A stretch of 64,000 nucleotides of DNA, from the NCBI GenBank assembly GCA_963828525.1, contig CAWHEP010000004.1:160001-224000 (forward strand). Direction: 5' to 3'. The notes beneath the pieces were generated by a model. It was not told the origin of the DNA and made no database searches. It saw only the letters and a list, made by a program, of their open reading frames with translations. The stretch comes from an uncultured Verrucomicrobiae bacterium (lineage in GTDB: Bacteria > Verrucomicrobiota > Verrucomicrobiia > Chthoniobacterales > Chthoniobacteraceae). Within the stretch, counting starts at the first letter, position 1, and every line of letters begins with the position of its first letter. Positions 52,523-61,757 of this stretch are shown here, piece after piece. The position numbers were made by a program, and so were the translations under genes.

Positions 52523-53758
52523 ATGTCGAATCCACGCTTCGCTATTCCTCCGAAGGTCGCCGGAATGGCCGATGCCGTCACGCGGGCCCTGCTTCCTCTC
52601 GCGGTGTATGGAATGGGGGTCTGTTTTGTCGATCTTGCTGATTGGCGTCTCGGCATCTTGAGAGCGACCGGTCTAGCAGTTATCGCCTGGGGGCTGTTTG
52701 CTCTTATGAGGAGACCGCTTCCTCCGTCATCCCAGTCGGTTGTCTGGGCGGTGCTTATCATTTTACTAGCGCTGCTCAAGCTTGTTCCCGGTCTTGCTGC
52801 CGCGGGAAAGGATTTTGGGAAAGGGCCGAATGACATAGGCTACACCACGGCGGCGGCGGTCGAGGTGCTGGATAATGGGGGGTCCATTTATGCCACCCCA
52901 ATCGACAAACAAGGAGATATCAAAGGCGCAAATTCCGGCTTCCGCTTTTTCTACGGCTACAAATATGGGCCTGTAACGCCGCTATACTACAGCGAGTTTC
53001 TGCGTCTTTTCGGTTATCCGAAGGGCCTCTACTTTGGAAATGTCTTGCTGCTTCTGCTTGCCGCCCCGCTCGCCGCCGCGCTCGCGGCGGGTGTCCTCGG
53101 AGGCTTCCGCCGGGCGCCGCTGGCTGCGGCGGTTGCTTTCTTCTGCGTTGTTTTCCCGAGATTTACCTATTTCGAGCTTTTCTCACAGGGCGTGAATGAC
53201 CTGCTTCCCACAGTGCTCATTGCGGCTTCACTCTATCTTGCGACCCGGGGAAACGCTTTTTTCTGCGGCGTTGCCGCCGGTCTTTCTCTTGCCTGTAAAC
53301 CGCTGCCAGGAGCGCTTTACCTGCTCCTGCTTCCCGGCACGGTACGCGCTCTTCCGCTGCTTGCGGGGTGCGGGATTGGACTAGGCGCAATGCTTCCCGA
53401 TTTCATCCGCGCGCCTCGTGAAATGATCGCCAATCTCATCCTCTTCAATCTTTACCGGCAGGATGATAACACGGGCCTTGCCTACTTCCTGCCCGAGCAT
53501 GTTCGTCCTCTTGTTTCCATGGCGGCGTTGCTCCTGGTTGGCGCGGTTGCGTATGCTTATCACACGGGCAAGCATGACGGAGCCGCGCTGGTGGGGAGCG
53601 CTGCGCTGCTCGCCACCGTCTTCCTCGCGACAGGCAAGGTGGATCATCGCAATTATTTCCTGTGGTGGACGCCACTCCTCGGTCCGGCTTTGGCAGTGAC
53701 TTGCTACCGCCCTGAGAAAGTGGGAGGACATTCATCCGTCGCGATTGAGACGCCCTAA
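52523..53758 (+). CDS. Membrane glycosyltransferase, GT87-like
   Basis: YKYGP, GVND, LACK motifs and many TM segments. Confidence 0.65.
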   Translation: MSNPRFAIPPKVAGMADAVTRALLPLAVYGMGVCFVDLADWRLGILRATGLAVIAWGLFALMRRPLPPSSQSVVWAVLIILLALLKLVPGLAAAGKDFGKGPNDIGYTTAAAVEVLDNGGSIYATPIDKQGDIKGANSGFRFFYGYKYGPVTPLYYSEFLRLFGYPKGLYFGNVLLLLLAAPLAAALAAGVLGGFRRAPLAAAVAFFCVVFPRFTYFELFSQGVNDLLPTVLIAASLYLATRGNAFFCGVAAGLSLACKPLPGALYLLLLPGTVRALPLLAGCGIGLGAMLPDFIRAPREMIANLILFNLYRQDDNTGLAYFLPEHVRPLVSMAALLLVGAVAYAYHTGKHDGAALVGSAALLATVFLATGKVDHRNYFLWWTPLLGPALAVTCYRPEKVGGHSSVAIETP

Positions 53759-53785
53759 ACGGGACAAGTTCAGCGCCGCCGCTGA

Positions 53786-54733
53786 TTATCCGTTCTGGAG
53801 TGTCCCGACGTGAGCCGCCGCCGCGAGACCCAGCCCAGCCAACGCGTAACCGCCCTCAAGCACCGACACCAGCCGCCCTTTGGCGTGTGTATCCGCGACG
53901 CGCGCCGCCAGGCGGGTCAGTTCGGCGAAATCGGCGTCTGTGAGCAGAAAGCCGCCGAGTGGATCATCAACGCGAGAATCGAAGCCCGCCGAAATGAGAA
54001 CCAACTCCGGTTTGAAAAGCTCCATCGCGGGAAGCAGCTGCTCTTCAAACGCCCGGAGGATTGCTGAACCTCGAGTCGCGGCGGGAAAGGGGCAATTCAT
54101 CGTTGCCCCCGCGCCAGGTCCTTCCCCGATTTCGCTCCTTGATCCAGTGCCCGGATACCACGGCGCCTGATGGGTGCTGAAAAAGAAGACCGAGCCGTCC
54201 CTATAGAAGATGTCCTGCGTTCCATTTCCGTGATGAACATCCCAGTCCACGATCAATACTCTGTTTATCCCATGACGCGCTTGCCCGTATTTGGCCGCGA
54301 CGGCGACATTATTGAAGATGCAGAATCCCATTCCTTGCTGGACCGAGGCGTGATGGCCTGGCGGTCGCGCGACACAGAAGGCGTTATCGACGATTCCATT
54401 AAACACGGCGTCGAGCGCGCTCAAGACCCCGCCCACTGACCCAAGTGCCGCCTCCAGCGAGCCGGGAGAAAGCGGTGTGTCGCCGGTGCTCAATTCGGCG
54501 CGCCCTTGCCCCACTTCCCGTTCCACCAAATCCACATAGCCCGTGGAATGGCAGAGGGTAAGTTCTTGTCTGGCCGCGCGCCGCGCCTCGATTGGCAGTA
54601 ATGAATCCATCAGCGCGGCCGCGCGCAGAGCATCCATCACAGCGTCAAAACGCTGAACCGATTCAGGATGGCCGTCGCCCGTGACATGCCTCTTGCAACC
54701 CGGCTCCGCGTAAATGCCTGTTCTGTATCTCAT
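53786..54733 (-). CDS. Histone deacetylase family protein
   Basis: HPE, RPPGHHA, GFCIFNN, DWDVHHGNGT, SAGFD, LEGGY. Confidence 0.95.
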   Translation of the reverse strand: MRYRTGIYAEPGCKRHVTGDGHPESVQRFDAVMDALRAAALMDSLLPIEARRAARQELTLCHSTGYVDLVEREVGQGRAELSTGDTPLSPGSLEAALGSVGGVLSALDAVFNGIVDNAFCVARPPGHHASVQQGMGFCIFNNVAVAAKYGQARHGINRVLIVDWDVHHGNGTQDIFYRDGSVFFFSTHQAPWYPGTGSRSEIGEGPGAGATMNCPFPAATRGSAILRAFEEQLLPAMELFKPELVLISAGFDSRVDDPLGGFLLTDADFAELTRLAARVADTHAKGRLVSVLEGGYALAGLGLAAAAHVGTLQNG

Positions 54734-56185
54734 GGAGCCCGCCGTTCCCTGTGTTTCAAGTATGCGCTTGTTATTTCGCGACGGTTGACCTTGCCACGCT
54801 CGCTGAAGGGGATTTGCTCGACCATCCACACGTCGCGCGGCACCTGCCAAGGGCTGAGTACCTGCCGGCAGTGATCCAGGACATTTGACAGCGTCACCAG
54901 ATGGTCAGCCGAAACGCAGGCGACAGGTTCCTCGTTCCGGAGAGGAGATGGCACTCCGAACACCACGACGTTGCGTACCCCTGGCATCTCACAAATCCTG
55001 CTCTCGATCTCAAGGGGGTTCAGTTTGCGACCGGCCACGTTGATGACATCGGATGCTCTGCCTTCAACATACAATCCCTGCGGGGTGATCCGGACAAGGT
55101 CGGAGGGCGCGAACGTCCCTCCGCTCAAAACCGCCTCATCTCCCTCCGGGAGATAGCGATCTCCTACTGCCGCGCTTCTCACGGTGATGAAGGTCGCGTC
55201 TCCCGCGCCATCTGCTTCCACTCGGACGTTCCGCAGGGCAACCCCGGCGAAGCCTTCCTCATACGACATAGCATCGGAGGCATCGTACGCAATGCCGCCG
55301 CACTCGGAAGAGCCGTAAAAAGAGTGAACCTTCAAGCCAAATTTGTCTGAGAAACGGCGTCCAGTGGATGGCGCGAGCGGAGCGCCCGCCGAGATACACA
55401 GCCTCAAGTTGGGCAGGGACGGGTTCCCTTCCAATCCAGCAAGCGCTTGGTAGAGCACAGGCATCCCTGGAAACACCGTGGCGCGGCTCGCTCCGAGACC
55501 GTCCAATATCGCGCGCGGCAGGCGATCTCGGGCGGTTACGAGCGGTACCCCGCGGCATAGCAGAGGGGTGATGAGGTTGCTGAAGCCGTAGGAATGCGCG
55601 AATGGGATGGCGCCGAAATTCAGATCCGTCGTGGTGATGCCCATCGTTTCGCAGATGTTGTCGCAATCCGCCACGAGCTGATGGCAGCGAAAGGCGATGG
55701 CTCTTGGGAGGGCAGTCGTGCCTGAGGTCAGTTTGAGAAAGTCCGGGGGTGGATACTGGAAAGCCGGAGTTACAAAACCGGTGCTCGACAGCGTGACCTT
55801 GTCGCGGTCGTTTTGGATCAATCCAGCAGCCTGGACGGCGCGCGAGCGCGCCGTCACGTTCCGCCGGTTCCATCTGGCCCAAGGGCAGAGGAATGAGCTT
55901 GAGTTCCAGGCATGCAATCAATACTGCGGGCCAGGCCGCATTGTTCCCGATCTGGATAGCGATCACCGACCCTGATTTGAACTCGGAAAGCTCCCCTTTA
56001 AATATTGAAGCCTCCGCGTCAATTTCTGAGAAAGACCGCTCAACCTCGCGCGAAGTCGAGTAGATGGCGGGAGATCCCCGATGAACTTCTAACGCGCGCC
56101 GCCACCTGCTGATCAGCGTCTCAGGGGGGGCGGCTGCTTCTGCCGATGCGGTCTCAGGGGTCGGACTCGATAGAGGCGCAGCCAT
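54730..56185 (-). CDS. AMP-dependent acyl-CoA ligase (frameshift near 55850)
   Basis: TSGTT..P, YGSSE, GR..DVINVAGRK. Confidence 0.88.
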
Positions 56186-56251
56186 CAACAAAAGTAGTTT
56201 TCATTTGCAGCCATCTCGGAGGCAGGCTAGCTTCTTCTTCTTTTTGAAGCC

Positions 56252-56476
56252 ATGAAAGCAGATATTCATCCTAAATACGTCGAATGCGTCATGTCCTGTG
56301 CCTGCGGGACGATCTACAAAACGCGGTCAACCCGGAAGGATATCCGCATCGGCATCTGCGCTGCTTGTCATCCATTCTTCACCGGCGAGCAGAAGTTTGT
56401 GGACACAGCCGGGCGCGTTGAGAAGTTCGCCCGGCGGTACGGCAGCACCAAGGCGACCCGCCTTGTGAAAAAGTAG
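56252..56476 (+). CDS. rpmE: 50S ribosomal protein L31 (Zn-binding type)
   Basis: [29 protein letters not shown]. Confidence 0.98.
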   Translation: MKADIHPKYVECVMSCACGTIYKTRSTRKDIRIGICAACHPFFTGEQKFVDTAGRVEKFARRYGSTKATRLVKK

Positions 56477-56587
56477 CTGCAAGCCTCCTGGCCTCGATGA
56501 GAGGCGCTTGTTCAGCGCGCGGGTTTGATCCCCGCAGCTCCTCTGTATAGCACGTTGCTAAAAGTTCCTCGCCGTACCGCAGGTTTC

Positions 56588-57682
56588 ATGGACTTCGAAC
56601 CCCTCATTAAAAAAAAGCGGGAGCGCTTCAGCGAACTCGAGTCGGAGATATCCTCGCCAAGCTTCTACGATAATCCGCAGAAGGCGCGCGAGGTAATGCG
56701 TGAGCATGCCCGATTGCAAGAGTTGCTTCAGAGCCACGAGGCTTTCAGCAAGGCGGGCGTCGAGCTCAAGGAAAATCAGGAGCTCGCCAAATCGCAGGAC
56801 GCGGAGATGGCGGAGATGGCGCGCGCCGAGATTCCAAGCCTTGAAAAGACCATCGCGGATTCCGAGATGAAGATACAGGTCGCTCTGCTGCCTCCTGATC
56901 CGTTGGAAGAAAAAGACGCCATAGTCGAGATTCGCGCCGGGACCGGCGGCAGCGAGGCCGCGCTTTTCGCGGCGGATCTGCACCGGATGTACATGCGTTA
57001 CGCGGAAACACGCGGTTGGAAGGTGGAGGAGATGGAAGCAAGTCAGTCTGAATTGGGCGGGTTGAAAGACGTCACATTCCGTGTTGGAGGAGACGCCGTC
57101 TTTCGCCAGATTCGGTACGAAAGCGGCGTGCACAGGGTTCAGCGAGTACCGGCCACCGAGGCCCAAGGGCGCATCCATACTTCCACTGCCACAGTGGCCG
57201 TCCTGCCGGAAGCGGAGGAAGTCGATCTGGAAATCCGCCCGGAAGACATTCGCATCGAGGTTTGCCGGGCCGGCGGGCCGGGCGGGCAGGGGGTGAATAC
57301 AACGGATTCCGCCGTGCAGGTGCTGCACATTCCGACAGGCAGGATTGTCCGCTGCCAGGATGGCCGGAGCCAACAGAAGAACAAAGAAAAAGCGCTTAAA
57401 ATCCTGCGGTCAAGATTGCTGGAGGAAAAGCAGCGAGAGGAAGCGGAGAAATACTCGGCGCACCGGAAAAGCCTGATCGGCTCAGGGGGCAGGGAAGAAA
57501 AGGTGAGAACGTACAACTTCCCGCAGAATCGCGTTACAGATCACAGGATTAACCTGACCATCTATAACCTGGACACCTTCATGGAAGGCAAGATCGACGA
57601 GGTGGTGGAGGCCCTTCAGGCCAGCGACATGGAACAGCGTCTGGCAGACGTAGATTCAGAAAGTGGAGTAAAATCCGAGTAG
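56588..57682 (+). CDS. prfA: Peptide chain release factor 1
   Basis: GTGG, VQRVPATE (PxT), GGQ, RTYNFPQNRVTDHR. Confidence 0.97.
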   Translation: MDFEPLIKKKRERFSELESEISSPSFYDNPQKAREVMREHARLQELLQSHEAFSKAGVELKENQELAKSQDAEMAEMARAEIPSLEKTIADSEMKIQVALLPPDPLEEKDAIVEIRAGTGGSEAALFAADLHRMYMRYAETRGWKVEEMEASQSELGGLKDVTFRVGGDAVFRQIRYESGVHRVQRVPATEAQGRIHTSTATVAVLPEAEEVDLEIRPEDIRIEVCRAGGPGGQGVNTTDSAVQVLHIPTGRIVRCQDGRSQQKNKEKALKILRSRLLEEKQREEAEKYSAHRKSLIGSGGREEKVRTYNFPQNRVTDHRINLTIYNLDTFMEGKIDEVVEALQASDMEQRLADVDSESGVKSE

Positions 57683-57743
57683 TACACGGAAATTGGGCGT
57701 GTTCTTTGAGCATTCGAAGCGCGGGCTTGTCTATGCAAGCAAT

Positions 57744-59189
57744 ATGAAAAGCAATCGCCCCTTTTTGGCCTTCGGCTGCCTTATTTCCCTTGCGGGTTTC
57801 CTCTATGCGGAAGCTCCGGAGCAGGCTGCTTCCTCGCCCGCGCCCAAGATCACTGTTGACGCGTCAGAGGCGCCTCGCTTTACCGCCTTCCCAAGCTTTG
57901 CTCCTATCGTGGAGAAAGTGGCGCCCAGCATAGTGAGTGTCTATACCAGCAAAACCGTTCATCGGCCAGCCATGCCCCCGGAATGGAAACGCTTCTTCGG
58001 AGGCGGAGATGATCAGGGCTCCGGCACTGTGGAAGGGCTTGGCTCGGGGGTCATTGTCAGTCCCGATGGCTACATTCTCACGAACAACCACGTGATCGAG
58101 GGAGCGGATGAAATCTTTGTAAGCATCGGCCTGAAGCGCAAGGAGTATAAGGCGAAGAAGATCGGAGCGGATGCCGGCACAGACATCGCTGTGCTCAAGA
58201 TCGAGTCGAAGGATTTGCCGTCGATCACATTTGCCGACTCCGATAAGGCGAGAGTAGGGGACGTCGTGCTCGCGGTGGGCAATCCTTTCGGACTCACCGA
58301 GAGCGTCACATCCGGCATCATCAGCGGGTTGGGGAGGGGAATGGGCATCGCGGACTACGAAAACTTCATCCAGACAGACGCTTCGATTAATCCGGGCAAC
58401 TCGGGCGGCGCGTTGGTCGATACCGAGGGGCGGTTGGTTGGCATCAATACGGCGATCTTCAGCCACAGCGGGGGGAACCAGGGTATTGGCTTCGCAGTCC
58501 CATCAAACCTTGCGCATCTCGTGATGCAGAGTCTCAGGGAACATGGGAAGGTGGTACGCGGCTTTCTTGGCACGTTAATCCAGCCGCTCACCCCCGAACT
58601 CGCGGACGCCTTCAAGCTTAAAGAGGTCTCCGGAGCGCTCATCTCACAGGTCACGGGCGGGAGCCCAGCGGAAAAAGCGGGCCTTAAAAGCGGCGACATC
58701 ATCACGGCGGTGAACGGCAAGCAGATCGATGACGCTCGCAGCCTCCGAGTCACCATCGCCAGCATGTCTCCCGGCACAAAAGTGGATGTCGCCTACCTTA
58801 GGGAAGGAAAGGCGGACACAGTCCAGGCAATTCTAGGCCAATTGCCCGAGAAGAAGCCGGACGGTTCCTCCACCGAATCGCCCGGAGAGAATGTCTCGAA
58901 CATATTGGACGGCATCACCGTCGGCGACATCACTGATGAAGCCCGCAAGACCTTGCAGATCCCGTCGAAGATCCATGGCGCTCTCATTACCGATATCGAC
59001 AAGGAATCAGCGGGCTATACTGCGGGCCTCCGCGAGGGAATGGTGGTCGAGGAACTCGATCAACAGCCGATTAAAGACTCGGAGCAGGCAGTTCATCTCA
59101 GCGAAAAGATTCAAAAAGATGAAAAGGTCCTTCTCAGGGTATGGGACGCAAAAGAGGGCAGCCATTACGTCGCGCTGGAGAAGAAGTGA
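57744..59189 (+). CDS. HtrA/DegQ serine protease with PDZ domains
   Basis: TNNHV, DIAVL, NPGNSGG, two PDZ domains. Confidence 0.95.
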   Translation: MKSNRPFLAFGCLISLAGFLYAEAPEQAASSPAPKITVDASEAPRFTAFPSFAPIVEKVAPSIVSVYTSKTVHRPAMPPEWKRFFGGGDDQGSGTVEGLGSGVIVSPDGYILTNNHVIEGADEIFVSIGLKRKEYKAKKIGADAGTDIAVLKIESKDLPSITFADSDKARVGDVVLAVGNPFGLTESVTSGIISGLGRGMGIADYENFIQTDASINPGNSGGALVDTEGRLVGINTAIFSHSGGNQGIGFAVPSNLAHLVMQSLREHGKVVRGFLGTLIQPLTPELADAFKLKEVSGALISQVTGGSPAEKAGLKSGDIITAVNGKQIDDARSLRVTIASMSPGTKVDVAYLREGKADTVQAILGQLPEKKPDGSSTESPGENVSNILDGITVGDITDEARKTLQIPSKIHGALITDIDKESAGYTAGLREGMVVEELDQQPIKDSEQAVHLSEKIQKDEKVLLRVWDAKEGSHYVALEKK

Positions 59190-59321
59190 AGCGCCCCAGC
59201 CTATCCCGACTTTGTTGCGTTGAATATGGAGGCGAGTTACAGCCATTCCTCTGGAGCCATCGGTGCGAGGAGCGTTATTGTCCTGCATATCGTAGTCGAT
59301 AACTACTTGGGACAGCGGGCT

Positions 59322-59361
59322 TCACAGCGGATCACGCTGTTGAAAAATGCAGCCTGACCCC
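59322..59361 (+). mobile_element. Isolated RAYT right end
   Basis: ggatcacgctgttgaaaaATGCAGCCTGACCCC matches the 3' ends of both RAYT copies. Confidence 0.8.
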
Positions 59362-59362
59362 T

Positions 59363-59563
59363 GGAAAAACGCGCGAGGACGTTGAAGCGATGGTTGAGGG
59401 GGCGAAGGCAAAGGCGAAGACGATGAAATGTTGCAAGAAGGTGAAGCTGACGTTAAAGCATTCCTCCAGCGGAAGCTGGAGTCAAGACATCGAAGATTGG
59501 GCATGGGGAGACACAGGTTGGGATAGCAAGTTTCCAACGGAACTGGATGGGGGAGCGTCATAA
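59363..59563 (+). pseudogene. Probable toxin C-terminal remnant
   Basis: Open frame GKTREDVE...KCCKKVKL...DGGAS* begins at the inverted repeat; its stop abuts the next ATG. Confidence 0.5.
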
Positions 59564-60061
59564 ATGAGTGAATTGCGACACGACAGTGCGGCAACTGCGG
59601 AAAGGCTCGCGGCTTTTGCTTTGAGTCTACTATTGGTTTGTATTTCTGGAACTCTGGAAGAGGTCACATCTAGCAATCTTTACTACCTCGCAGAAAAGCT
59701 AGATCAAGGTAAACCTTTGCCCCGACTGACTGAATGGATATTTCAGCACATCGGGCACTGGTCCGACTGCGGAATAGTGTGTATTTTTATTTTACCTTGG
59801 ATGTTGCTTGTGTTGTACAATATTGCATCAGTTCCAGGAAAAGCTGAGACACAGCATTACAAATTGATTTATGGATTCATCTGCTTTGCTTCGATTGAAG
59901 GTGCTTTATTTCTGATTTTCACATTTAGCAGCTTGTTTCCTTTTATTCCGAATTACGGAAATTACGGATTGAAACCCGCTGGTCTCCCAGCAGAGGCTTA
60001 CGTCACCGCAGATTCTGTTGTTTGGAGTAGTCGTAAGCATAATCCTTGCGATTGCATTTAA
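59564..60061 (+). CDS. Low-GC membrane protein, putative immunity protein
   Basis: About 3 TM segments, AT-rich, TAAATG coupling to the upstream frame. Confidence 0.6.
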   Translation: MSELRHDSAATAERLAAFALSLLLVCISGTLEEVTSSNLYYLAEKLDQGKPLPRLTEWIFQHIGHWSDCGIVCIFILPWMLLVLYNIASVPGKAETQHYKLIYGFICFASIEGALFLIFTFSSLFPFIPNYGNYGLKPAGLPAEAYVTADSVVWSSRKHNPCDCI

Positions 60062-60211
60062 GCGAAAAAGACGGAAGCAACCATAAAATGAACAGGCGGT
60101 TAGATAATATGATACTTTATGGGGCTGATCCTGGGCATACCCAGGCGCTAAATGAGGGTAATTAGTGAAACGCGTGTCGCGAAGACTGAAACATCTATGA
60201 ATGAGGAAGGT

Positions 60212-60407
60212 GAGATCTCCCGGGGGTCAGGCTGCATCTGTTGACAGGTTTTGAAGAATCTGTCGCCTTGGACGGGTATGGCGAGGAGCATTCGAATCGA
60301 GTATCCAGGGGAATACCCGGGGGTCAGGCTGCATCTTTGGACAGGCGTCGAAAAATCGATCACACTGGATCGGTATGGCGAGGAGCATTCGAAGCGCGTT
60401 TTCCATG
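60212..60407 (+). repeat. Two tandem truncated RAYT left ends
   Basis: Inverted-repeat motif at 60223 and 60320, each followed by MARSIR..; 60212-60309 is identical to 60639-60736. Confidence 0.9.
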
Positions 60408-60455
60408 GTAAGCGTCAGTCGGCGCACCGTATTTGCCTGCGTGCTGGCGGGTAGC
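60408..60455 (-). mobile_element. IS66 terminal remnant
   Basis: GTAAGCGTCAGTCGGCGCACC matches the end at 21093 at 19 of 21 positions. Confidence 0.7.
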
Positions 60456-60469
60456 CAGAGGTTTCCAGC

Positions 60470-60637
60470 CTAACTCTGATGAGCCAGCGCGGCCCCAATA
60501 AATCCCCTGAACAATGGATGCGGCCCGTTGGGTTTGGATTGGAATACTGGATGAAACTGGCATGCCAGGAACCAGGGATGCCCGGTTAGTTCGACCAGTT
60601 CCGCCAGCGTCTGATCCGGTGAAGTTCCCGATATTAC
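60470..60637 (-). pseudogene. pyrG: CTP synthase C-terminal fragment
   Basis: [42 protein letters not shown]. Confidence 0.85.
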
Positions 60638-60649
60638 GGAGATCTCCCG

Positions 60650-61752
60650 GGGGTCAGGCTGCATCTGTTGACAGGTTTTGAAGAATCTGTCGCCTTGGAC
60701 GGGTATGGCGAGGAGCATTCGAATCGAGTATCCAGGCGCGTTTTATCATGTGATGGCGCGCGGTAACCGGCGGGAAGCCATTTTCGAGTCCGATGAGGAT
60801 CGGGGGCTTTTCTTGACGACCGGGGCAGAGGCTTGCGCGAAGACCGGGTGGCGGGCGCATGCCTGGGTGTTGATGGGCAACCACTATCACCTTGTAATCT
60901 GCGCACCCGAGGCGAATCTTGTCGCCGGGATGACTTGGCTGCAGAACACCTACAGTCGTCGTTTCAATACCGGCACCGTCTATGGGTCGATTGTTCGGCG
61001 ACCGTTACAAGGCGGTGCTGGTGGAGGGCAGCGGGTATTACTACGAGAGCCTTCTGGACTACGTCCATCTCAACCCTATGCGAGCGGGCATAATCAAGCC
61101 CGGAAAGGAGCAGAGCGTGATGGATTATCCATGGAGCAGCGTGGCTGGAGGGTACGCGCTTGCTCCTGGAAAGCGCGCGAAATGGCTCGCGGCGAGCGAA
61201 GGCCTCGCGAGCCTTGGTTACGCAGACACAGCGGCAGGCCGACGGAAATTCGTTGAGCGTCTGGATCGCCGGGCAGTGGAAGGAAATATGGAGAGCGCCG
61301 GGCTTCCGGTCGAAGCTGCGGAGGTGGATCACCGCGCCAGCAACCTTCGGCGGGGCTGGTATTGGGGCAGTCAGGCATTTGCCGAGAAGATGCTCAAGCT
61401 GGGAAAGATGGCGCTTAAGAAAAACCGGCGGAGCCAAGAATATGGCAGCAGCAGCGAGGTCAAAGCTCATGGTTTGCAGGAGGCGGAGCGATTGCTGGCG
61501 CAAGGGACGTGACTTGCCGGGTTGAAGGCGGGCGCGTTGGAAGACTCTCCGGCGGTGAACCCTCAAAAGTTGACATCGCGAGAGTGATTTGGGAGAAGAC
61601 ATCAGTGAACCTCAACTGGATTGCCGAAAATTTAGCGATGAAAAGCGCAGCCAACGCGAGCCAGCAGATTCGCAGGAGCAGGTATCAGGAACCGAGACTG
61701 CCAAAAGCCGTTAACAAATGGATAGCGCTGATGAAAAATGCAGCCTGACCCC
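60650..61752 (+). mobile_element. Full-length RAYT-type element (transposase 60705-61748, two frameshifts) with 15-bp terminal inverted repeats
   Basis: HUH motif NHYHL, YVHLNP, YPWSS; the stop codon lies inside the right inverted repeat. Confidence 0.9.
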
Positions 61753-61757
61753 CAAAA

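Noticed and set aside
60212..60736. CRISPR array
   Set aside because: The repeats are transposon ends with irregular spacing, and there are no cas genes
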